Of a DNA stretch of 64,000 bases, positions 1-12,335 are shown in pieces; position 1 is the stretch's first letter, and the number at the start of each line of letters is the position of its first letter. This stretch comes from Eledone cirrhosa (Eukaryota). A program made the translations under genes and the position numbers. Where the stretch lies: contig OZ024755.1 in the NCBI GenBank assembly GCA_964016885.1, positions 3,224,001 to 3,288,000 on the forward strand, in the 5' to 3' direction. Under the pieces are notes generated by a model. It saw nothing but the letters and a program-made list of their open reading frames with translations, did no database searches and had not been told where the DNA came from.

Positions 1-27
1 TATATATATATATATATATATATAAAT

Positions 28-110
<83 letters not shown>

Positions 111-151
111 CGAAACATAAGTCAATTGCATGAACTCATAATCCTTTATTT

Positions 152-207
152 ACTGCTATATATATTTCGATGATAGCCATTGAATGGCTATGACCTCATC
201 AGGCAGT
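152..207 (-). ncRNA. Type I hammerhead ribozyme motif (Penelope-like terminal repeat)
   Basis: Minus strand: ACUGC-CUGAUGA-GGUCAUAGCCA uucaa UGGCUAUCAUC-GAAA-UAUAUA-UA^GCAGU; helix I 5 bp, helix II 10 of 11 pairs, palindromic helix III. Confidence 0.75.
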
Positions 208-515
208 TAGTCAGTTCTTAGATATGCCAGCTCTGTGTTTATGGTGTTGATGGTATCAGAGCCTTGGGACTTATATTATTCTCTCTCGTCTACGATTTCA
301 CAGAACTTATGTTCATCGATTTCAGGGACTTGACTCCTTCTTCCTCACTTTTCGTTGCATTACCATCTTTCTTTGTTTACTGTCTCGCTCGTTCCCCTTA
401 TTTACGTGTCCCAACGACTTTCTTTAGCCGTTGCTCGCACCAACCAGAGGTATATGGTCTTTAAAGCGATGAAATACCAATGAAGGCAGGAAGATCACTG
501 ATGAAGGACTAAATG

Positions 516-596
<81 letters not shown>

Positions 597-1140
597 TTGT
601 AGAGTATTGGTATCTTTATTATATATATATATAGTAATGACTTCTACAGAATGTCCATTCCTGACGATTTCATACGAATGAAACAGTTCTAGTCCTGTAG
701 AAGTTATTTCTATATATATATATACATATAATATATGTGTGTGCGTTTCTGTGTGTGTGTCTCTGTGTTTGTGTTTGTGTATGTCCGTGTGTGTGTCTCT
801 GTATGTATGTGTGTGTATGTCTGTATGTATGTGTGTGTATAAGATCTGTTTTTTGGTTGTCTTAGTTTTTTTTTTTCAAAGATGGAGATGGAGAAGAAGT
901 CGAAGTTTGGAATCATTGAAACAGCAGCTAAATAGTTCCTTCTACTTCATTACCTCTGTCTGGTCGCTCTCTATACACTCCCCCCGTTCCTGGAGGGGGG
1001 TGCTAGGGGAGGGCTCTCCGCCGCCATTCCATCACTACCTTCTCCAACATCACTCTTTTCTAGGGGGGGGGCTCTGTTGGTCCCCCCTAACCTCACTCGC
1101 GCGCTCTTCCATTTAGTAGGTTGTAACTTTAGGATAGCAT

Positions 1141-1177
<37 letters not shown>

Positions 1178-1783
1178 ATGAGTGTGTGTGAGTATATATG
1201 TATATATGTCTACACACACATTATACATTATATATATATATGCATATATACACACATGCATATATAGAGAGAGAGGGAGTGAGATACTTAAATACACAGA
1301 CATAGACACATTTATACACATATACACACACACATATATGTGTGTGTGTATATATGTGTGTGTGTGTGTATAGTTTTCCTAAAAAATATAACGTCACACA
1401 CACATATACATACATACACACACATATATACATACACATACACACATATACATACATACACATACACATATACATACACACACACGCACATATACATACA
1501 TACACACATACATACACACATACATACACACATACACACACACACATACATACACACACATACACACATACACACACACATACACACATACACACACACA
1601 CACATACACACATACACACACACACATATATATACATACACATACATACACTTACGCGCACGCACATATTCTTTCTCCCCTCCCATCTCTTTAAGGTAGA
1701 CTACACATATATACTTACACACACACACACACACATGCATAATGGCAAAAATATGTATCTGCAAATGTGTGCGTATGCAGATA

Positions 1784-1831
<48 letters not shown>

Positions 1832-2278
1832 TCGTAATCCCAAAGTTATGTACCCACATTAGTAGGAAAGAACATAAATTGAAACAAAACTGCAAAACCC
1901 TAGTTTTTGCTCTAGAATTTCCCATTTGAATAGCATGTATGTTCTTTTACTGAGGATATACAGTGTGTGTGTATATATATATATATATATTTATGAGTGT
2001 ATGTATATATATATCATCATCATCATCGTTTAAAGTCTATCTTCAACGCTAGCATGGGTTAGACGGGAATTGTCCCATTTGGGGTAAGATTGGTCAGGTG
2101 ACCATGTCTCGCTCGTATAGAACTGTCTGGCAGGGTTTCTACGGTTGGATGCTCTTCCTAATACCAACCACATTTGTTGCCCCTCAACCATAATTTGTGA
2201 GTGTGTGTCTGTAATGGTTGAATATTACACTGGTTTCATTCTGGAGGGGAATATTACACCGGTTTCAGTTTGGAGGAT

Positions 2279-2478
2279 CCCCAAACAAGACCAACCAAGC
2301 TCATGGATGTTATCCAACCATCTTGCTCAGGGTCTACCTCTGGGCCTCTTGCCGGCTGGTTTTGCCTGGAAAATATGTCCAGCGATTCTTTCCTGTGACA
2401 TTCTAACCACATGTCCATAGAATTAGAGCTGTGATCTCTCAATTTGGAGAAGTAGTGGCTCTACCTGGAGTGACTCTC
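2279..2478 (-). mobile_element. RTE-clade LINE ORF 3' remnant
   Basis: Minus translation ESLQVEPLLLQIERSQL*FYGHVVRMSQERIA...GKRPRGRP*ARWLDNI matches the RTE C-terminal motif; contains stops. Confidence 0.8.
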
Positions 2479-3189
2479 CAAGCTACACACTTTATATTAT
2501 ACATCACTGATCCTGGCTGAATTCAGCAAACGGCTATAACTGACAGTAAATTTAACCCCACATCCATCCATTAAGGTAAAAATGGTAACGGAAATTACTG
2601 AATAGGACAAAGAGGGGTTAAATTTCCTTTTAAAACCTTACCATGGAGGGAATGGTATGGAAAGGGTTAAGAATCTTTAGTTTAAACTAATTGCTCTAGA
2701 GTTCAGACTCCTGCTTCCTTTCAAGTAATTCCTTGATCTTCTGTCGAACAATTCTCACCCCCTGTTGCTCACTTTTCATTACCATATTTTTTAATGAGAT
2801 GCATTTTATTTCAATTAATTAATGAGAATTTTCAGGAATTTTTATAAAATTATTATTTAATTACTAAAATAATCATTGTAAAATTATATTGAAAGATTTG
2901 GAAAATGGATGATTTAATTTGATAAAATCAGAGCCAGTTTTGGCCAGGCTGGTTAAAAAAATCTTTTTCCTAATGGAGTTGTGAAACAAAAACTATATTC
3001 TTAGACTTAAAACATTTTAAGTATTTAAATGTTTCTTTCAACTTTTGGCACAGGGCCATCAATTTGAAGGGAAAATGGGTGGAGTTTACTAAATTGACCC
3101 TAGTACATTATTGGTGGTACTATTAAAACTTCATAAATATATTCTACACTCATAAGAATTTCAAAACCTTACCATTTAAACATGTGTTG

Positions 3190-3548
3190 ATTACCTGCCT
3201 TGGGTTATAAATCACCCATTTCTCAGCCATTATATAGGGGGTCGGCTTATATTGTAGTATATACAGTAGCTGCCTTGGCTTATAAACAGGGTTTGATCTT
3301 CACCCATTTCTCAGAAATAAAATAGGGAGTCGGCTTATAATTGAGTACACAGTACCTGCCTTGGCTTATGGACAGGGTTTCATCTTCACCCATTTCTCAG
3401 ACATAAAATAGGGGGTCGGCTTATAATTGAGTATATATGGTAGCTGCCTTGGCTTAAAATTAGGGTTTGGAATGTTACCCCTTTGTCAGACATTATAGGG
3501 GGTCGTCTTATAGAGGTAGGGGGGGGGACTTATATTTGAGTATATAGT
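3190..3548. repeat. About 87-bp tandem repeat (4 copies) ending in a Tc2/pogo-like terminal sequence
   Basis: cacccatttctcag...gggggtcggcttata(a)ttgagtatat(a/g)gta repeated. Confidence 0.75.
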
Positions 3549-4187
3549 AATTTATTGCTTGACTGACATTTTGGGAGTTAACTCCCCTAACTCATTAGTG
3601 TGTCATTATCATTAACACTAATAAATTTCTTAGTCATAATTGCTATAAATTCAACTGATTCAAAATTATTTTCAGATCACCAAATCAAATATGATAGCAT
3701 GTGTGTGTGGCTGTGTGTGTGTGTGTGTGTGTGTGTGCGTCTGTGGCTGTGTGTGTGTGTGTCTGTGGCTGTGTGTGTGTGTCTGTGGCTGTGTGTGTCT
3801 GTGTGTGTGGCTGTGTCTTGTATAAGATTTTATGCATATATATGATTATATGTGTAATGTATATATGTATATATTATATATTTTATCTATATATATATAT
3901 ATATATACACACATATATATGTCTGTCTAAGTAAGGGGGGCATGTTTGTATAGATATATACATAAATACACACACACTCATATATATATATATATCTGTA
4001 TGTATATACACTATATATTATACAGTAATTCGTTCAACAGCCATATATAATTATGATCAAATTTCATATACTATACCCTCTATCCCTTTATACTTGTTTT
4101 TTAGTCTTTATGATTTTATTTATGGTTGTTTTGGTTATTTTTTAGTTCTTTTATTTATATATATATATATTGGAATTGTATTTTGTC

Positions 4188-4218
<31 letters not shown>

Positions 4219-4608
4219 GTATACAGATGTATGTACATACATGCATATTATATACTTGATTTATGTGAATATACAACCAGATATTTATGTTTGTGTATGT
4301 ATGTTTGTGTAAATGTATGCATATGTGTGTCTATGTGTGCCTATGTGTATAAATAGGTGTGTCTATGTGTATGTATGTTTGTGTAAATGTATGAATGTAT
4401 GTGTGTATAGAGTCATACCAATGAGGGCAGCCATACAAAGATTTCTGTGTTATATATATATATATATATATATATCCACCTCATCCATACATGTGTTTGT
4501 TCATGCATGAATGCCTTTATACATGCTTGTATGGAAAAGAACAGCTGGCTGTCAGAGACAGCACTGTAAGGTTGGCCTGAATGTAGTATTGGAAGATATG
4601 AGTAGTGA

Positions 4609-4830
4609 CAAAATATTGGGAACAACTTGCTAAAAAGAGATCCCTTAAGCACAAAATATTGGGAACAACTTGCTAAAAAGAGGTCCCTTAAGCACAAAAT
4701 ATTGGGAACAATTTGCTAAAAAGAGATCCCTTAAGCACAAAATATTGGGAACAACTTGCTAAAAAGAGATCCCTTAAGCACAAAATATTGGGAACAACTT
4801 GTTAAGAAGCGGTCTCTTGGGAACAACTTT
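4609..4830. repeat. 43-bp tandem repeat, about 4.5 copies
   Basis: caaaatattgggaacaacttgctaaaaagagatcccttaagca. Confidence 0.9.
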
Positions 4831-5249
4831 CTCAGAAGAGGCCCCTAATGTGAACTTTCATCAACAAAAGCAGAAAATCCTCACAAGGGATATACCTTAA
4901 CTGTTTCCTGGTTGTATTGCTGATGAAATAAAACTCTGTTTCAATTAATTAATGAAGAATTTTTAAGGATTTACTAAAATTATTTCTTTACCAATATATA
5001 ACTTGACATATGGTTTTTATATAAAATTATGTTGGAAGATTTTAATTTAAATTGGAAGCCTTTAAAATGGGTGATTTTGTTTCATAGACCCAGAGCTGGT
5101 TTTGACTGTGTTGGTTAAGGTGGAGATGAAACTTGAGCACCACAAAAACCAGTCAGCTGGCACCTCATGTATCCTACATGTGGGTACCATTTCTGTAACA
5201 GAATTGATCTCATCAATCATCTACAGCCACATAAAACTCCTCTCATTGA

Positions 5250-5372
5250 GGTGAAGGTGTGTGACTGAGTGGTTAGAGAACTGGATTTACAATCGTGAGG
5301 TTGCGAGTTTGATTCCTGGACCGAGCGATCTGTTATGTCCTTGAACAAGACACTTTATTTCACATTGTTCCT
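5250..5372 (+). mobile_element. tRNA-derived CORE-type SINE head
   Basis: gagtggttag A box, gagtttgattcc B box, then gtccttgaacaagacacttt CORE-like motif; related copies at 21405-21500 (+), 29810-29946 (-) and 44625-44740 (+). Confidence 0.7.
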
Positions 5373-5875
5373 TCTGCCAGGAGTTGCAACCGGTAGCTAG
5401 TTTCCTTGGTCCATTTTGACAAGTTCCACCTCACTCAGTCAGCAAGCATGGTATGGGATCTTGTTGATTGGTTTAAAAAAAGGTTGGAAAAGCTATTAAC
5501 TACTTCTTAGAAGCCTTCCCAATACTTGAAACAGTTTATTTTATTGCTGTGTATATATATATATATATATACACACACACATACACACACATATATGTAT
5601 GTTTATCCTGGGTTCAATCGGAGGTACTCAATACATAGCAGAGTATAAATATTTAATAAAGAAATGGCTGATGATTTCCTCCGAATGAAACAGTTCTAGC
5701 CCTGTAGAAGCCATTCATATATATATATATATATATATATAAATGGCTTAAGCTATCTAACGTATATTATTACTCTAAGGTGACACAACCTTATTGAGTG
5801 CTTTGCTGCATATTCCTGATTGTATATCGTTAGCTTGGCCACAGCCAAAACTTCCATTTGTGTGTATATATATTA

Positions 5876-6013
5876 TGTATGGTGAAAGCAGACCTCAGAT
5901 CGCTGAGGCTCACGGTGGAGATGACGAAGGACCGCGATAAGTGGAGAGATGCTGTGCTTAATAGGACCCATTCCATCCTTGCAAGCAGGGAAAAGCGGAC
6001 GTAAAATGATGAT
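5876..6013 (+). mobile_element. RTE LINE 3' end with (ATG)n-type tail
   Basis: MVKADLRSLRLTVEMTKDRDKWRDAVL followed by ccttgcaagcagggaaaagcggacgtaaaatgatgat; same sequence on the minus strand at 38660-38960 and 44880-44955. Confidence 0.75.
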
Positions 6014-7295
6014 ATATATATACACGTGTGTATGTGTAAAAATATATACATAAAACCACTGAAGTTTCACTAGGGTGAATGTGTGTACAAAAGCATCTAA
6101 CCTGCTCCAGTAATCAACAACTGCTTTTGTTGAAATCTACCCTGAACACCTGATTAAATAAACACAAATAAGAGGGGTTTTGCTGTAAAGATTTCAGGGA
6201 CTTATTACAAAATTATGGACGCCTCCCAAAGCTGTTTGAACTTGGTCAATATAGTGGTCATAGTGTGTTGGGGGATTAGGTATGGTGGTGGTGGTGGTGG
6301 GGGGGGGGGGGACTGTGGTGGTGGTGGAAGAAGTAGTGGGAGAGTGATGGTAGTGGTGGTGGGATGGTGACTGTGGTGGTGGTGATAGTGGTGGAAGTAG
6401 TAGTGGGAGGGTGATTGTGGTTATAGGGGTAGTAGTGGTGGTGTAGGTGGTAGTGCTGGTGTATGTGGTAGTAATAGTTGTGGTGTTAATAGTGGTATTG
6501 GTGGTGGTGGTAGTGATGGGGGGGGGGGGTAGTGATGGTGGTGATGGTGGTGGTGGTTGTGGTGACTGTGACGGTGGTAGTGATAATAGTGGTGATAGTG
6601 GTTGTGTCAGTGCAGTCGATGAGGTTAGTACTGGTATAATGCTGTTATAGCTTATTGTTGTTGTTTAGTCACCCCCCCCCCACATCAACTCTGGTCAAAA
6701 GACATGCCAAATGTGACCACCATCCCTTTTTCTAAATTTCACTCAATTGTCCAATATGTCTTACTCTAGGGTGTCATTTGAATGGATCTTGGTCCTTATT
6801 TCTCTTACTTCCCCTATCACTTTCCCTAAGACCTTTTTCCCCTTACACTTTCCATATGACCTTTTTCCCCTTACACTTTCCCTATGATTTCCCTATGATT
6901 TTTCCTATGACTGTCCCATAGAACAAACACTCAACATTCATCCGACGCCCTAATGACTCTGTCAAGACATAACAACATAGCGATATAATTGATATAATTG
7001 ATATATTGATCTTGGGGAAGGTCGTTCTACAAATAAAATCTACAGAAAAAAAACATTCACTGATTGCAGTTCACCTCTTTATTGTTAATTAATTAGTTAA
7101 TGAAGGAACAAATTAATTGGTTATTGATTACAATAAAGACATACTACAATGTGTGTCTGTTTTTATTGGCAAAATGACTCTTCCAAAATACGATATCTGT
7201 TTCAACACATGCTTTCACATCAAGAATTATGCACAACAAATATAAAATATGTAGTAATGATATTTTAATATTATATATCAACATACATAGCAATG

Positions 7296-7563
7296 ATATA
7301 TCATAGTATTTCACGATATATTATACAGTATCTCACGATATATTATACAGTATCTCACGATATATTATACAGTATCTCACGATATATTATACAGTATCTC
7401 ACGATATATTATACAGTATCTCACGATATATTATACAGTATCTCACGATATATTATACAGTATCTCACGATATATTATACAGTATCTCACGATATATTAT
7501 ACAGTATCTCACGATATATTATACAGTATCTCACGATATATTATACAGTATCTCACGATATAT
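7296..7563. repeat. 22-bp tandem repeat, about 12 near-perfect copies
   Basis: tatattatacagtatctcacga. Confidence 0.95.
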
Positions 7564-7701
7564 AAATACAAATTAACATATATATATAAATATATGGCCA
7601 GAAACAGTCCCATATGAGCAAGAAATGGTCATCTGACCCAACTTGTCTCTAATGGGATAACCTGCCTAACCCATGCTACCATGAGAAATGGACATTAAAC
7701 G

Positions 7702-7763
<62 letters not shown>

Positions 7764-7897
7764 AGAAAACGAAAAATCAGTGATGCATCTGGACTTAGTT
7801 TATTTCGTGTTACAAATGTTTCGCCGACATGTAGCTCTAGTCATGGTCCTTGTATGGATCTGGCTGATTCTACTTCTGCGGGTTCTTTCAGACACGG

Positions 7898-7955
<58 letters not shown>

Positions 7956-9457
7956 GACAGCATATCATGATATATAAAATATAATATTCTGATATATATC
8001 AATATATATAGCAATGATATATCATATAGTATTTCATGATATATAAATAAAAATATTTTGATATGTGGTAGTGGTGGTTGTAACCAGTGTGGTAGTAGTA
8101 GTAGTTGTAGTAGTAGTAGTAGTAGTTGGTGGTGGTGGAGGAGTGTATGTAGAAATAGTCGCAGAAGTGGAGTGTGTGTATGTAGTAGTAGTGGTGGTGG
8201 AGTCTATGTAGTAGTAGTAGCAGTAGTGGTGTGTGTATGTAGTAGTAGTGGTAGCAGTAGTGGTGTGTGTATGTAGTAGTAGTAGTGGTGTGTGTATGTA
8301 GTAGTAGTAGTGGTGTGTGTATGTAGTAGTAGTAGTGGTGTGTGTATGTAGTAGTAGTGGTAGCAGTAGTGGTGTGTGTATGTAGTAGTAGTGGTAGCAG
8401 TAGTGGTGTGTGTATGTAGTAGTAGTAGTAGTGGTGTATATGTAGTAGTAGTGGTAGCAGTAGTGGTGTGTGTATGTAGTAGTAGTAGTAGTAGTGATGT
8501 ATATGTAGTAGTAGTAGTGGTGTGTATGTAGTAGTAGTAGTAGTGGTGGTGGTGGTGAAATGAGACAGTTTAGAGAGAGAATCTAATATAGAGACAATGG
8601 ATAAATATTGATAACAATATTGTATCAATAATAATGGTTTCTAACACATTGATGAGGAGGGGAGAGGAGGAGATCAATGGTAGATCAAAAGATGGAGGTG
8701 TGAGGGGGAGGGGGAGGTGGTACATCAAACCAAAGCTGCACTAATATTGCTAAGTCATGGAATGGCGAGGGTGGGAGGGAGGTTATGAGACTGTCTGCAT
8801 CATCCCACCGTCACTACCACTGCCACCCAAACCACTACCACCATCACCATCACTACCGTCACTACCACTACCACCACCATTACAACCACCTCCACTGCTA
8901 CCATCCCTACCATCACCATTGCCACAACCACCATCGCAACCACCACCATCACTACCACCAACATCACCACAACCACAACCGCAACCGTCACTACCATCAC
9001 CACAGCTATTACCTCCACCACCATAACCACAACCACCACCACCGCCATAACCACAACCACCACCACCACCATAACCACAACCACCACCATCACTACTGCC
9101 ACCACCACCACCACCACCATCACTACTGCCACCACCACCACCACCACCACCACCACCACCACCACCACCATAACCACAACCCTCTCTCTCTCCCCACCCA
9201 ATCACTAGTCACCCCTCCCCCACACCCAACCCTGATTAACTGAAATTAATTCTAAAAGGCTTTAGAGTAGAAAAGAGAATATAATGTATAATATGATGAA
9301 ATAAATATATTTAAATAATGGGTGGAGCATCGGGGTGCTGTATGGTGCTGCTGTTTGTAGTAGTAGTAGTAGTTGTGGTGGTGGTGGTGGTGATGGTCGA
9401 TGTTCTAGTGGTGGTGTTGTGTGTCAGTCGTAATTGTAGGTAGTAATGCTAGGGGTG

Positions 9458-9862
9458 AGTACTGGGTGCTTTTTGTCATGTCACCTACACAACCACTTTA
9501 CAGTGTGGACTGGGCACTTTTTGTCGTGACACCATCACAACCACTTTACAGTGTGGTCGTGACACCATCACAACCACTTTACAGTGTGGTCGTGACACCA
9601 TCACAACCACTTTACAGTGTGGACTGGGTACTTTTTATCGTGACACCATCACAACCACTTTACAGTGTGGACTGGGTACTTTTTGTCGTGACACCATCAC
9701 AACCACTTTACAGTGTGGACTGGGCACTTTTTGTCGTGACACCATCACAACCACTTTACAGTGTGGACTGGGCACTTTTTGTCGTGACACCATCACAACC
9801 ACTTTACAGTGTGGACTGGGCACTTTTTGTCGTGACACTAGCACAACCACTTTACAGTGTGG
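9458..9862. repeat. 48-bp tandem repeat (two units shortened to 33 bp)
   Basis: gtgacaccatcacaaccactttacagtgtggactgggcactttttgtc. Confidence 0.92.
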
Positions 9863-10211
9863 TTTATATATACCAACTTTATTGATGGTTTGAAACGAGG
9901 ACAATATTGAAATAAATTATGAAATAGATGAATGAGAAATGTTGTAAATGTGAGGCATTATTCAGGTGGTTGAGGGAAAGATTCTTTAGGATCTCCCAGA
10001 GAACCCACCCTACATCTCACCCCCCTTTAGTTTCTGTTGTGATTATTGTCAGGTGTTACTACCAGCCATTTCCTATTGATCTCCTGAGATTAAAGAACTG
10101 TTCAATTAAATCTATTGATATGGTTGTCAAATTTTGATCTAATATCAGAGCTTATAACTCATACTTTAGTTTTCACATCCTCAGATATCGTCATCAGGGT
10201 CGTGGTCCCTT

Positions 10212-11300
10212 AACCACACTACACCATACAACACTACACAACATCACATTAAACCACACCACACTATACCATACTACACTACTCTACACCACACCACATT
10301 ACACTACATTACACTACATTACACTACATTACACCACACCTCACCTCACCACACCACATTACACTACACTATGCTACACTGCACCACACTACACCGCAGT
10401 ACAGTACACCACACTACATTAGACCTCAGTCAGTACACCACAGGACACCACAGTACAGTACACTACACCACACCACACCACAGTACAGTACACTACACCA
10501 CACTACATTAGACCTCAGTACAGTACACCACATGACACCACATGACACCACAGTACAGTACACTACAGCACACCACAGTACACTACACCACACCACAGTA
10601 CAGTACAGTACACTACACCACACTACACCACACCACACCACACCACACCACACCACACCACACTACACCACACTACACCACACCACAGTACAGTACAGTA
10701 CACTACACCACACCACACTACACCACACTACACTACACCACACTACACTACACCACACTACACCACACTACACTACACCACACTACACTACACCACACTA
10801 CACTACACCACACTACACTACACCACACTACACTACACCACACCACACCACACTACACTACACCACACCACACCGCATCACACTACACTACACTACCCTG
10901 CACTACACCACACCACACCACACCACACCACACCACACCACACCACACCACACTACACCACACTACACCACACTACACCACACTACACCACACTACACCA
11001 CACTACACCACACTACACCACACTACACCACACCACAGTACAGTACAGTACACTACACCACACCACACCACACTACACCACACCACACTACATTACACCA
11101 CACTACACTACACCACACTACACTACACCACACCACACCACACTACACTACACTACACTACACTACACCACACTACACTACACTACACCACACCACACCA
11201 CACTACACTACACCACACCACACCGCATCACACTACACTACACCACACTACACCATGCTATACAACACCACCCCACACAACACCATACTACACTACACAC
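10212..11300. repeat. Pentanucleotide mosaic (ACACC/ACACT/ACAGT)n
   Basis: Visible 5-bp periodicity. Confidence 0.9.
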
Positions 11301-11521
11301 TAGTCACCATGACTCTCCCCCCCCCCCCACCATCACCAATCTATTTCTTCATGGCTCATTGGAACCAAATCTTTTCTTTTCACTAAGTGCAACCATCTTT
11401 GAACCATTTCCCCTTCATCTCCCCTCACTTCCCCTTCATCTCTCTCCCTCTCTTATAACTCTTCCTTTTACAATCACACACTTTCTCTCCCTCTCTCTCC
11501 CTAACTCTCTCTTTATATGCA

Positions 11522-11566
<45 letters not shown>

Positions 11567-11649
11567 GTATGTATGCATATATGTGTGTGTGTGCGTATAT
11601 ATATATATATATATATATATCTATGTATGCATATGTGTGTGTGTGCGTG

Positions 11650-11685
<36 letters not shown>

Positions 11686-11829
11686 CATATATGTGTGTGT
11701 GTCCGTGCATGTGTGAGTCCCAGGTCAGGTTCAATCAGGGGTAACCACAGTAAGGTACTCAATATACACCCCCCCCCCCTCCTCCAACCACTAGACTTAA
11801 CTTTTAACAAACCTCATTAAACAGAAACT

Positions 11830-12335
11830 ATGGTGGAATCTTAGTTTTGGTGTTCAAATCTGCCGTCTTCCTCACTGTGGCTTTCTTGATGACTTTCACC
11901 AGTCATAAGGCATACAATTGTCTTGAAACGTCTCTGCTACCCTCTTACTACATCAAGTAGCGTCGCTTCAAACTTCTGTTACTGTTTCTCTAACAAAACC
12001 TTTTTTAGGAGATAAAGTTGTTAGACCTATACCTAACCCCTGACCCCTAAACCCCAACCCTAACCCCTAACCCTAACCCCTAACCCCTAACCCTAACCCC
12101 TAACCCTAACCCTTAACACTAACCCCTGGCCCCTAAACCCCAACCCTAACTCCTAAACCTCAACCCTAACCCTAACGCCCAAACCCCTAACCCCTAAACC
12201 CCAACTTGGAGGACCAGGGGTTCATCTTAGTCTCGCTTCTACCTCTTGACTTGTCCGATATGGTTGGACCTACAGCTTAGCTCTCAGGGGTCATTGAAAT
12301 ACACAAGCCTTCACACCTCAACACGGTGATGAATG
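11830..12335 (-). mobile_element. Probable RTE-type LINE 5' UTR fragment interrupted by a telomere-like array
   Basis: Minus strand caccgtgttgagg...ggcttgtgt...caatgacccctgagagcta...cctggtcctccaagttgggg...ctaacaac resembles RTE 5' UTRs as I recall them; not database-checked. Confidence 0.45.
12032..12205 (-). repeat. Degenerate interstitial telomere-like (TTAGGG/TTAGGGG)n tract
   Basis: ccctaa/cccctaa units on +. Confidence 0.85.

Noticed and set aside
12032-12205. Chromosome end or telomere fusion site
   Set aside because: Short, degenerate, single orientation and internal to apparent repeat sequence.
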